From a virus (taxonomy: Duplodnaviria > Caudoviricetes): DNA of 32,482 nt. The translations under genes were made by a program, and so were the position numbers. Each line of letters begins with the position of its first letter. Position 1 is the stretch's first letter. Of the stretch, positions 8,550 to 15,697 are shown piece by piece. The notes under the pieces were generated by a model. The model ran no database searches and was not told where the DNA came from. It saw only the letters and a list, made by a program, of their open reading frames with translations. The stretch is taken from the IMG/VR virus record IMGVR_UViG_3300025035_000070, positions 1-32,482 of that record; one strand, 5' to 3'.

Positions 8550-9113
8550 ATGACAATCGCGGAAAACCTGAAACGGTTGCGGGCGGCGCGGGGCTGGTCG
8601 CAAGATCGCCTCGCCACGCTGGCGGGCATGACGCAAAGCCGCGTGCGCGCCATCGAAATCGGCGAAACCGCCAACCCGCGAACCGATACGGTGGCCAAGC
8701 TGGCGCAGGCGCTGGGCGTCACAGCGGCGGAACTTGTCGGCGACGCGGGCGGCGGCATGGCCGAGGCCGAGGCCGCGCCATGGGCGGGGCTGGAGGCGCG
8801 CGATTTGGTGTTTCGCCTGTCGCCATCGGCGCGCCACCCGACAGCCTATCGCGTCGCGTCCGATATGGCGGCGTTCGGCATGATGGCGGGCGACGTGGCG
8901 GTGATCGATCTCAACGGCGTTGCGGCGGCTGGCGACGTTGTGGTGGCCACAATCGCCGATCCCGAAACCGGCGCGGCGCGCACGGTGGTGCGCCGCTATC
9001 TCCCGCCGGTGCTGGTTGACAGCGCGGCGCGCGACGCGCTGCGCGCCGACGGTAACGCCGTCGCGATCATGGGGCCGGTGGTCGCGGTGTTCCGGTCGCG
9101 CGATTTCGATTAG
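8550..9113 (+). CDS. CI-like repressor (XRE HTH plus degenerate S24-like domain)
   Basis: LKRLRAARGWSQDRLATLAGMTQSRVRAIEIG..NPR HTH; C-terminal GDVAVID..AGDVVVA..IMGPVV pattern. Start at ATG 8550. Confidence 0.85.
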   Translation: MTIAENLKRLRAARGWSQDRLATLAGMTQSRVRAIEIGETANPRTDTVAKLAQALGVTAAELVGDAGGGMAEAEAAPWAGLEARDLVFRLSPSARHPTAYRVASDMAAFGMMAGDVAVIDLNGVAAAGDVVVATIADPETGAARTVVRRYLPPVLVDSAARDALRADGNAVAIMGPVVAVFRSRDFD

Positions 9114-9120
9114 ACACGCG

Positions 9121-9163
9121 GTCAACCTTTTTAGGTTGACAATTCACCTATAAACGGTTGAAT
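9121..9163 (+). promoter_or_regulatory. Rightward early promoter with operators
   Basis: Perfect 8-4-8 palindrome GTCAACCT-TTTT-AGGTTGAC at 9121-9140 overlapping TTGACA (9136-9141); a second imperfect site ends in CGGTTG at 9160. Confidence 0.75.
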
Positions 9164-9189
9164 GGGGCGCACCAGAACAGGGGCGCACC

Positions 9190-9705
9190 ATGCAAGACAA
9201 ATCATGCGACGGCATTCCGGGCGCGGTTGACGCGCTGGAGGCCGCATTCCTGAAGATCGATCGCCTTACGTCCGCCGAAAAGGCGTGCGCGGCGGCGGAA
9301 ATCGCCTATCGGCTGGCCGCCGAGGCGCAGCGCGACGTGATCCCGCCGCTTGAACATATCCTGATCCGCGACAGTTTGTGCTGCGCGCTGGCGTCGCTTG
9401 GCTATGCGCCGCAGGCCCACGCCATCGCATCGCACCCGATGCCCGGCGAACCCGGCGCGGCGGCGCAGGGGCCGCGCTGCGCGCTGCGCCTTGTCGGCGA
9501 CGCGCCGGAAATCGTGGTGTGCGCCAAGGGCGAAACCGTGGTCGCCAATGACGAAAAAGGCCGCACCGTGCGGGGCGTTGTCGCGTGGGCGGCCAACGGA
9601 TGCGTAGCCATCCGGCGGTTCGATACAAACGAAACCGCCATCGCCAGTGCGGCGGGCGTGGTGCGCAACGTCTCGCGCAGTGGCGGGGCGGGGGGCGCGG
9701 CGTGA
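9190..9705 (+). CDS. Hypothetical early protein
   Basis: First ORF after the promoter, with an AGGGG RBS. Confidence 0.6.
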   Translation: MQDKSCDGIPGAVDALEAAFLKIDRLTSAEKACAAAEIAYRLAAEAQRDVIPPLEHILIRDSLCCALASLGYAPQAHAIASHPMPGEPGAAAQGPRCALRLVGDAPEIVVCAKGETVVANDEKGRTVRGVVAWAANGCVAIRRFDTNETAIASAAGVVRNVSRSGGAGGAA

Positions 9706-9929
9706 TCACGCCAGCGCAGCTCGCCGAGGCGCTGGAGGCGGCGGCGCTGGCCGTCGCGCTTCACGGCGCGGCCTATGCGCCGATCTTTGCGCGGCTGGAG
9801 CATGAGGCGGCGCAGGCCGAGGCCCGCCGCGCCGACGCGCGGGGCCTTCACGCCCGCGCCGCCGCCATCGCCGCGACTGTCGCCGCGCGCCAGCAGAAAG
9901 GGGGGCGCCATGGCCGGGCCGGGATTTGA
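9702..9929 (+). CDS. Small phage protein
   Basis: GTGA overlap; HGAAYAPIFARLEHE motif resembles small alphaproteobacterial phage proteins. Confidence 0.55.
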   Translation: MITPAQLAEALEAAALAVALHGAAYAPIFARLEHEAAQAEARRADARGLHARAAAIAATVAARQQKGGRHGRAGI

Positions 9930-10311
9930 AATCGAACCATGGGAAATTTTCTGCGACTTTGAAGAACAAATCAGGCCGCATGACGGCTTGTGCGCCTTCC
10001 CAGACTGTCGCGCGCCGTTCCGGGCCGTGAAGGCGTGGCAACGCTATTGCTGCGCGGAATGTCGCCGCGCCGATCAGGCCGAGGCCCGCCGCGTTGGCCA
10101 CATGATCGCGCGTCCGGTGCTGATCATGCGTGAGACGAAACACGCCAAGCCGCGCACCGGCGGCGCGCTCCTGAACAGCAGCGCGCGCCGTTATGTCGAT
10201 CAGGTGGCCAGCCGCTGGCGCGAAGCCCGCACGGTGCGCGCCCGCGAAGCCGAGGCGCGCACGCTCATGGCGCCGAAACTTTCAACCGCCGCCGCAGGGG
10301 AGCGACCATGA
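9910..10311 (+). CDS. Zinc-finger protein
   Basis: CAFPDC...WQRYCCAECR; purine-rich RBS before ATG 9910. Confidence 0.65.
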   Translation: MAGPGFEIEPWEIFCDFEEQIRPHDGLCAFPDCRAPFRAVKAWQRYCCAECRRADQAEARRVGHMIARPVLIMRETKHAKPRTGGALLNSSARRYVDQVASRWREARTVRAREAEARTLMAPKLSTAAAGERP

Positions 10312-10595
10312 CCGCTTATGAAGACCGCCCGCTGGTGCAGCTCTCTCCCGCCGATATGGCGTTGGTGCACGCCGTGCTGATCGCTCACGCGGCGGCTGTC
10401 GCCAAGCTCGAAGCCACCTATCGACAAGACGCCAGCAGGATTGCGGCGGTGAAAGCGCCGCCGGGCGAAGTAGCGGAGCGCGCGGCGGGCCGCCAGCGCG
10501 CGCGCGGCGCGCGCATCAGGCGCGCCGACTTGATGAAGGCCGAGGCCGAGGCGCTGGCGCGCATCGCAACCTATTTCTCACCTGTTGGAGCCTGA
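10308..10595 (+). CDS. Hypothetical protein
   Basis: GGGGAG RBS and ATGA overlap. Confidence 0.6.
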   Translation: MTAYEDRPLVQLSPADMALVHAVLIAHAAAVAKLEATYRQDASRIAAVKAPPGEVAERAAGRQRARGARIRRADLMKAEAEALARIATYFSPVGA

Positions 10596-10596
10596 C

Positions 10597-10857
10597 ATGG
10601 AAAAGACAACCACGCCGACGCACAAGACGCTTGAGGTGGAGCTTCGCGAAATCGCGGCGGCGCGCCCGCCCTACAGCGCAGATACGCCGGTTCGCGATCT
10701 CTATCTCACGCTGGTTCTTGAGGCGGCGGCGCGCGATATTGAGGCGCTGAAAGCCACCAACATGCAATTGCGCGCGGGCCTTCATCAGCTTCTGGCGCTT
10801 TCCGCGCCTGACGCCAGCCGCAGGGCGGGCGCGGGCCGCAAGGACCGCGCATCATGA
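10597..10857 (+). CDS. Hypothetical coiled-coil protein
   Basis: GGAG RBS; heptad-like segment DIEALKATNMQLRAGL. Confidence 0.6.
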   Translation: MEKTTTPTHKTLEVELREIAAARPPYSADTPVRDLYLTLVLEAAARDIEALKATNMQLRAGLHQLLALSAPDASRRAGAGRKDRAS

Positions 10858-11054
10858 TTTGGGTTCTTCTAGTGCTGGCGGGCGGCGAAGGCGTCGCCAG
10901 CGTGCAACCGTCGCTGGCGGCGTGTCAGGCCAGCGCGGTGGAGGTGGTCGCGGACGCGCCGCTGTTCGCGCCGGATGGCGCGGCGGTGGTGGCGTGGTGC
11001 GTCGAACTGCCCGCCGACGATCCGCAGGAACTTCAGCAGGGGGCGGCGTCATGA
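10854..11054 (+). CDS. Small protein with a hydrophobic N-terminus and two Cys
   Basis: MIWVLLVL...SLAAC...AWC; ATGA overlaps. Confidence 0.55.
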   Translation: MIWVLLVLAGGEGVASVQPSLAACQASAVEVVADAPLFAPDGAAVVAWCVELPADDPQELQQGAAS

Positions 11055-11472
11055 GGCCCCGGCTTGTGTTGGTGCGCAGCGGCGTTGCGCTCGCGCCGCC
11101 GCTGCGCGACGCTGGCGCGCCCGTCATGACGCGGGCGGCGGCGCAGGGGGCGGGCGATGGTGGCGGCGGCGGTGATCGCGATGGCGCTGGCGGCGCGGCT
11201 GGCGGCGCGACGGTGGCGCGGCCCAGCGCCGGGGCGGGCGGCGCTTTGGGCGGCGCTTGGCGGCGGTGGCATGGTCGCGCTGATGCTCCCCGCCGAACCG
11301 GGGGCGGCGGCGGCGGCGGCGCGCGCGATCATGGCCGCACTGGGCGGCGGCGCGGCGGCGATCTTCGCGGCGTGGTCCACGCCCTCGGCGCGGCGCTGAT
11401 CGTTAGCGCAGGCTGGGCGGCGCTGGCCGTCATGTGCTGGCACGCGGTGGAAATGGTGCGGGAATGGGTTTT

Positions 11473-11772
11473 ATGATTAATTGCGAATATAACAGTGTTT
11501 TTATTGTTCCTAATACTTCTGGAACAAAAGCAATAGAATTTGAAATAGGCAGCACAGAGTATTCAATCTTGGATATTCTAGCATGGCGCATAGAAATTAA
11601 GAAAAACGGTAATGCAAGTTTCTCCCCTCTTGTTGTCGGAATTTTCGATGGAATTGATCCGCAAGGTCTGATGCACGCATCTGGAATTATAGAGACAATG
11701 GATAATTTTTTTTCAAACACCTCTGAATTTGAGGCATTCCTTCGCCTTGCATCATCGGGGAAAAAATCATGA
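11473..11772 (+). CDS. Hypothetical protein in the AT-rich insert
   Basis: Open frame in AT-rich DNA, coupled by ATGA at both ends. Confidence 0.7.
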   Translation: MINCEYNSVFIVPNTSGTKAIEFEIGSTEYSILDILAWRIEIKKNGNASFSPLVVGIFDGIDPQGLMHASGIIETMDNFFSNTSEFEAFLRLASSGKKS

Positions 11773-12635
11773 CACCTAACGCAATCGATGTTCTCAAGCG
11801 CAGCAACGGCCCCCTGCGCGACATGCTTTTGCAAGCGCAATATTTTTCTATTTCAGAACGGTTATATAATGACTGTTTTTCGATTATGAGAGATAAGCAT
11901 AAGCGGTTTTATGAGGAAAGCAGCAACGAACAATTTAGCTTTCCTTTGCCGAGTAAAACCACAGTCATTAGCTATTCTCAGTATTTCGACATACTTATAA
12001 TAGATAATTATTCTGCAAGTATTGATATTTTAGTGATTAGAAACGGGTCTATACATCATATATGGAACTCAGAAAACGTAAACATAAACCATAAACTTAA
12101 AATTGATCAAACAGAAAGTGATTTTCTTGCTGCTATTTTTCAGCAGCTACTTATGATTGAGATTATTCTAAATGCGATTGCGGAGCCGCGCTTGATAGCA
12201 AAGCGCCCGCCATGTCGGCAATTCAGGAAAAACGTGCAACGCGCGATAGGCGCCGCGCCGCTTCCTGCATGGAGTTTCATTAGCTGGAGCGTCGGCGACA
12301 CGACGCATCCGAAGCAGGATGATGGTAGTGATACTTGGCGGGCACCGCTGCACTTCTCGCGCGCGCACTGGCGGCGGGCGAAGGGGACAGAACCAAGCGC
12401 AAGGCCGCGCGACGGCAAAAAGGGGCTTTGGATATGGGTTGCAAGCTCATGGAAAGGGCACCCGGATTTCGGTATAAAGCTCCATCACTATATCCCGCGC
12501 GCCAAGGGCGAAGCGTTCAACGCCGCACGATTGCCCGACCGACCAGCGGCTGGCCTTGAAATCTCAGACGCCGCAGCGAGCTGCGCAGTCCGCGCATGGC
12601 GGGCGCAGCGCGCCGCGCGCGGGTTGCTGTCATGA
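11769..12635 (+). CDS. Hypothetical phage protein with a C-terminal 'H..RAHWRR...W' motif
   Basis: 288-aa ORF with an AT-rich 5' half and GC-richer 3' half; LHFSRAHWRR...WIWV..WKG. Confidence 0.75.
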   Translation: MTPNAIDVLKRSNGPLRDMLLQAQYFSISERLYNDCFSIMRDKHKRFYEESSNEQFSFPLPSKTTVISYSQYFDILIIDNYSASIDILVIRNGSIHHIWNSENVNINHKLKIDQTESDFLAAIFQQLLMIEIILNAIAEPRLIAKRPPCRQFRKNVQRAIGAAPLPAWSFISWSVGDTTHPKQDDGSDTWRAPLHFSRAHWRRAKGTEPSARPRDGKKGLWIWVASSWKGHPDFGIKLHHYIPRAKGEAFNAARLPDRPAAGLEISDAAASCAVRAWRAQRAARGLLS

Positions 12636-12711
12636 ACGCGCGCGACACTCAGCAGCCGCAGAAAGCGCGCGCGGCGTGTTGGTGCGACGCATCGCGCACT
12701 GACGCACTCCG

Positions 12712-13407
12712 CTAAAGCGCCACCTTCGCCAGCCATTCCGCCAGATGCGCCAGCGTCGGCCCCGCCCCATAGCGGGGCCGCGCCAGCTTGTGGCCCATCA
12801 AGTGCGCTTGCAGCCGCTCGGGAACCTCGGCGGCGATCATCCGATCTTGAAACGAATGGCGCAGCGAATAGGCGGTGTGTTTAGGCGTCGGCTTGAGGCC
12901 GTTTTCGCGCAGAAACTTGTTGACCACCGCCGACAGCGCGTCGGGCGCGGCGCCATAGCGCGGGAACCCGCCCGCCTGCGCCCGCCTGCGCGCCGCCTCC
13001 AGGCTCACGCCCAGCAGCGGAATGGCGCGGCCCCGGTGGCCGGTCTTCAGGCGGCGGCCCGCGTGCGCCTCGATCACGATATGCGGCGTGACGGCGCTGG
13101 CGGCGATATCCTCGGGGCGCGCGCCGCTCACCTCGGCCAGCCCCGCGCCGGTATTGATCATGATCAGGAACACGTCGCGCGCCTCGGCGTTCAGGCCGTC
13201 CAGCGCGCCCGGCGCAAGGATCTTGGCGCGCAGCCATTCGGTGGAGAATGAAGGCCGCTGCGCCTGCCCTTGCTCGCGCAGGCGCAGGCCCGCAAACGGG
13301 TTCGCCAGCTCCAGCGCGCGCAGCTCGGCGACGGTGCGGAACACGTCTGAAAGGGGAATTAAGGCGCGGCGGCGGGGCGTGTCTGTTGCGCGCCAAGTAT
13401 ATGCCAT
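12712..13407 (-). pseudogene. int: Tyrosine integrase catalytic domain, N-terminally truncated
   Basis: LKT, YSLRHSF, LMGH and RYG motifs are present, but NTGAGLAE lacks the first catalytic Arg. The frame is bounded upstream by a terminator, giving about 230 aa. Confidence 0.75.
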
Positions 13408-13447
13408 AAAACAGAAAACGCCCGCCCCGACTGAACGGGGCGGGCGT
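13408..13447 (-). terminator. Rho-independent terminator ending the late operon
   Basis: 12-bp perfect stem (13418-13447) with a 6-nt loop, followed by TTTCTGTTTT on the minus strand. Confidence 0.85.
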
Positions 13448-13479
13448 GGTATGTAGAACAAAACGTAGCACTTATTCGA

Positions 13480-13532
13480 CGGCGCTCAAGGCGCTCTGTC
13501 ATGCGCAAGGCGGCGCTCAAGGCGCTCTGTCA
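13480..13532. repeat. 22-bp direct repeat CGGCGCTCAAGGCGCTCTGTCA, two copies
   Basis: Copies at 13480-13501 and 13511-13532. Confidence 0.9.
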
Positions 13533-13809
13533 CACGGCGCAGCCGCGCGCGGCGGGCGCGGCATTCTATGGCCTCCAGCACGGCGGCGGCGATGGCGCGC
13601 ACCATCAACACCACCACGGTTAGCAGGGCGATGGCGTGCGGCGGCGTCACGAACCATGCGCCGTTCGCGGTGCTGATAGTTAATAGGTGCACGTCGAACA
13701 GTGAAACGGCGGTTTGCATGGCGGCGGGCGCGGGCGTGCGCAGGTATTCCACCGATATCGTGGCCAGCGGGATGCCGCCCAGCGCCCAATCGGTGCGCCC
13801 GAACATCAT
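13486..13809 (-). CDS. Membrane protein, holin-like
   Basis: Hydrophobic helix AIALLTVVVLMVRAIAAAVL followed by an Arg-rich tail; Met-Met start; last late gene. Confidence 0.5.
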   Translation of the reverse strand: MMFGRTDWALGGIPLATISVEYLRTPAPAAMQTAVSLFDVHLLTISTANGAWFVTPPHAIALLTVVVLMVRAIAAAVLEAIECRARRARLRRVTERLERRLAHDRAP

Positions 13810-14333
13810 GGATACCCGGCCCCCTCGAACGCCGATTGCAGCTCCAGCGCGCCGCCGCCGTGATAGATGGCGAGCTGCGCGACGGCGTGCGCGGCCAGGA
13901 ACCGCTCCAGATCGATGTTGCCGCCCATGGTTTCGGCGTAAAGCCGGGCGAAGGCGCGGGCGACGCGCTCGGGGTCCGTCTCGCACAAGGCGGCCACGTC
14001 ATTGTCGGAAAGCGGCGCGGCGGGCGGCGGCGCAAGCTCGGCGTCGCCGATGCCCAGCCCAAGGCCCGGCCACATCATCCCCGCCGCCGCGTCGGCGGCG
14101 CGCTGGCGGGCAACCTCGGCGGCCAGCGTCAGCAGCCGCCCCGCGTGATCGGGGCCGAGGCGCAGCGCGGCCAGGCTCACAAGAAACGCCATGGGCGGGG
14201 GCAGGGCGTCGCACCCCGCCGCCGTCCATGCGGCGCGGGCCTCCTCGGGCGTCACGCCATCGTCGCCCGCCTCCAAAGGCGTCGCCCACGCCTGCGCAAA
14301 CGCCAGCGCAGCGTCGAATGTCGAATGGTGCAT
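13806..14333 (-). CDS. Degenerate glycoside hydrolase family 108-like protein at the endolysin position
   Basis: FDAALAF...EEA..W.AAGCDALPP...AA...GP..AGRLL resembles GH108, but no EGG motif is present. GAGGA RBS. Confidence 0.55.
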   Translation of the reverse strand: MHHSTFDAALAFAQAWATPLEAGDDGVTPEEARAAWTAAGCDALPPPMAFLVSLAALRLGPDHAGRLLTLAAEVARQRAADAAAGMMWPGLGLGIGDAELAPPPAAPLSDNDVAALCETDPERVARAFARLYAETMGGNIDLERFLAAHAVAQLAIYHGGGALELQSAFEGAGYP

Positions 14334-14345
14334 GTGCGGGTTTCC

Positions 14346-14762
14346 TCAGATGAAATAGGCGATATCGAAAACCACCTCTGCGCGCCCGGCGCGTTGTTCG
14401 CCGGCCTCAAGCACCACGTCCGCCCCGGCGGGCGACACGTCGAACGCCAGCCCGGCCAAGTCGCGCGGGGCGGCGGTCACGGCGTCGCCAATGGCTTGCG
14501 CGGCGGTGTCCAGCGATGCCCGCAGCTCGGGGCCGCCAACCGCCCACCAGCTCACGGTGACGCGATCCCCAACCTGTTGCAGCGCACTGCCCATGGCGAC
14601 GGTGGAGGCCGCGACGCGCTGGGCCGTCACGGCGTAGGCTGGCAGGCGCGCGGGCGACAGGGCGGCGGCGTCCGCAGTGGCGTCATGCGCTGCAGGAAAC
14701 GCCACCGCGACGCGCGCGGCGACGGCGGCGCGGATCGCGGCGGCGGTGGTGGCGGTGATCAT
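14346..14762 (-). CDS. Tail terminator-like protein
   Basis: 138 aa with IR.A, LPAYAV, LD..A.AI..A, LAGLA and terminal F.I.Y pattern. Confidence 0.6.
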   Translation of the reverse strand: MITATTAAAIRAAVAARVAVAFPAAHDATADAAALSPARLPAYAVTAQRVAASTVAMGSALQQVGDRVTVSWWAVGGPELRASLDTAAQAIGDAVTAAPRDLAGLAFDVSPAGADVVLEAGEQRAGRAEVVFDIAYFI

Positions 14763-14772
14763 GGCGCGGCCC

Positions 14773-15483
14773 TCACGGCATGGCGGGCGGCGTGGCCGCG
14801 ATGTAGTGCACCGCCACACGCACCGCGCCGCCGGTGAACGCGCCGCCCTGCGCGGTCAGCACCACGGGGGCGGGGGCGTAATAGGCCAGCGGGCCGATCA
14901 CGCCAACGTTATTCGATCCAGCGGCCACGCCCAGCGATGCGCCGAACCGATCGATCACCACGCCGTCGCCAACCTGATATCCGGTCGCGCCGGTGATCGT
15001 CTCACTGGTGCGCGTGCTGACGGCCACCACCACGGCGCGCTCAGGAATAAGGCCCGCCAGCGTGACGCTTGCGCCGCTCAGATCGACGGCGACGGCCTCG
15101 GCGACGGCGAAGCCGAACGCCGCGCCGCCCGCCCGGCCAACAGCCGCGCCGCGCAGCCACCCATGGGCGGCGATGAAAACCGCGTCGCGGCCTTCGTCAA
15201 GGATGAACGCCCGCGCGCCGTCCGGCGGCGTGAAAAACGCCCACGCGGCCAGATGACGGCGCGCCAGCTTGCCGCCATGCCCGGCCCAAGCGCCGGTCGC
15301 GGCGGCGGGCACGGCGTAAAGCGCCAGCTCGGGCGGGTCCGGCGGCGGGTCCGTAAGGCTGGCCGAGGCCAGCACCGCCCCCGGCGCGCCAGCGCCGATC
15401 ACGTCAAGCGCGCGGTTGAACGTCGCCTCTGGGCTGGCCGGGTTGCTGGCCATGGGCGTGAAGCCCCATGCTTCAATGGTCAT
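14773..15483 (-). CDS. DUF2793 protein (RcGTA head-spike fibre Rcc01080-like)
   Basis: TFNRALD..., LTDPPPDP, GAWAGH.G.LA, WAF.TP..G, and C-terminal IP.RAVV...ITGAT...FTGGAVRVAVH. Confidence 0.8.
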   Translation of the reverse strand: MTIEAWGFTPMASNPASPEATFNRALDVIGAGAPGAVLASASLTDPPPDPPELALYAVPAAATGAWAGHGGKLARRHLAAWAFFTPPDGARAFILDEGRDAVFIAAHGWLRGAAVGRAGGAAFGFAVAEAVAVDLSGASVTLAGLIPERAVVVAVSTRTSETITGATGYQVGDGVVIDRFGASLGVAAGSNNVGVIGPLAYYAPAPVVLTAQGGAFTGGAVRVAVHYIAATPPAMP

Positions 15484-15689
15484 CGCTTACCCGCCTTTAG
15501 CGCCCAGTCGCTCCCTCTTGGCGCGGCCTCATGCGTCTTGGTCACAAAGGCGTCAAACACCTTTTGCGCTGCGTTCAAGGCGTTCAGCGCACGCCGCTGG
15601 CGGCAATAAGCGGCGTCTTGCTCATCGCTTGCGCTTTGATATTCCGCCATCGCATCCTTAAGCGCACTCAACACTTGGTTCGGGCCCAT
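15480..15689 (-). CDS. Small helical hypothetical protein inserted in the tail module
   Basis: GAGGTG RBS, lower GC than the flanks, ATGA overlap with the DUF2793 gene. Confidence 0.65.
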   Translation of the reverse strand: MGPNQVLSALKDAMAEYQSASDEQDAAYCRQRRALNALNAAQKVFDAFVTKTHEAAPRGSDWALKAGKR

Positions 15690-15697
15690 TCCACACC

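Noticed and set aside
13408-13461. Integrase start at 13461
   Set aside because: This stretch runs through the terminator hairpin and has no integrase-like sequence
13330-13480. tRNA/tmRNA-derived attP core
   Set aside because: No T-arm or CCA-like segment is recognisable
13480-13532. Possible mini CRISPR array
   Set aside because: Only two repeats with a 9-bp spacer, and no cas genes
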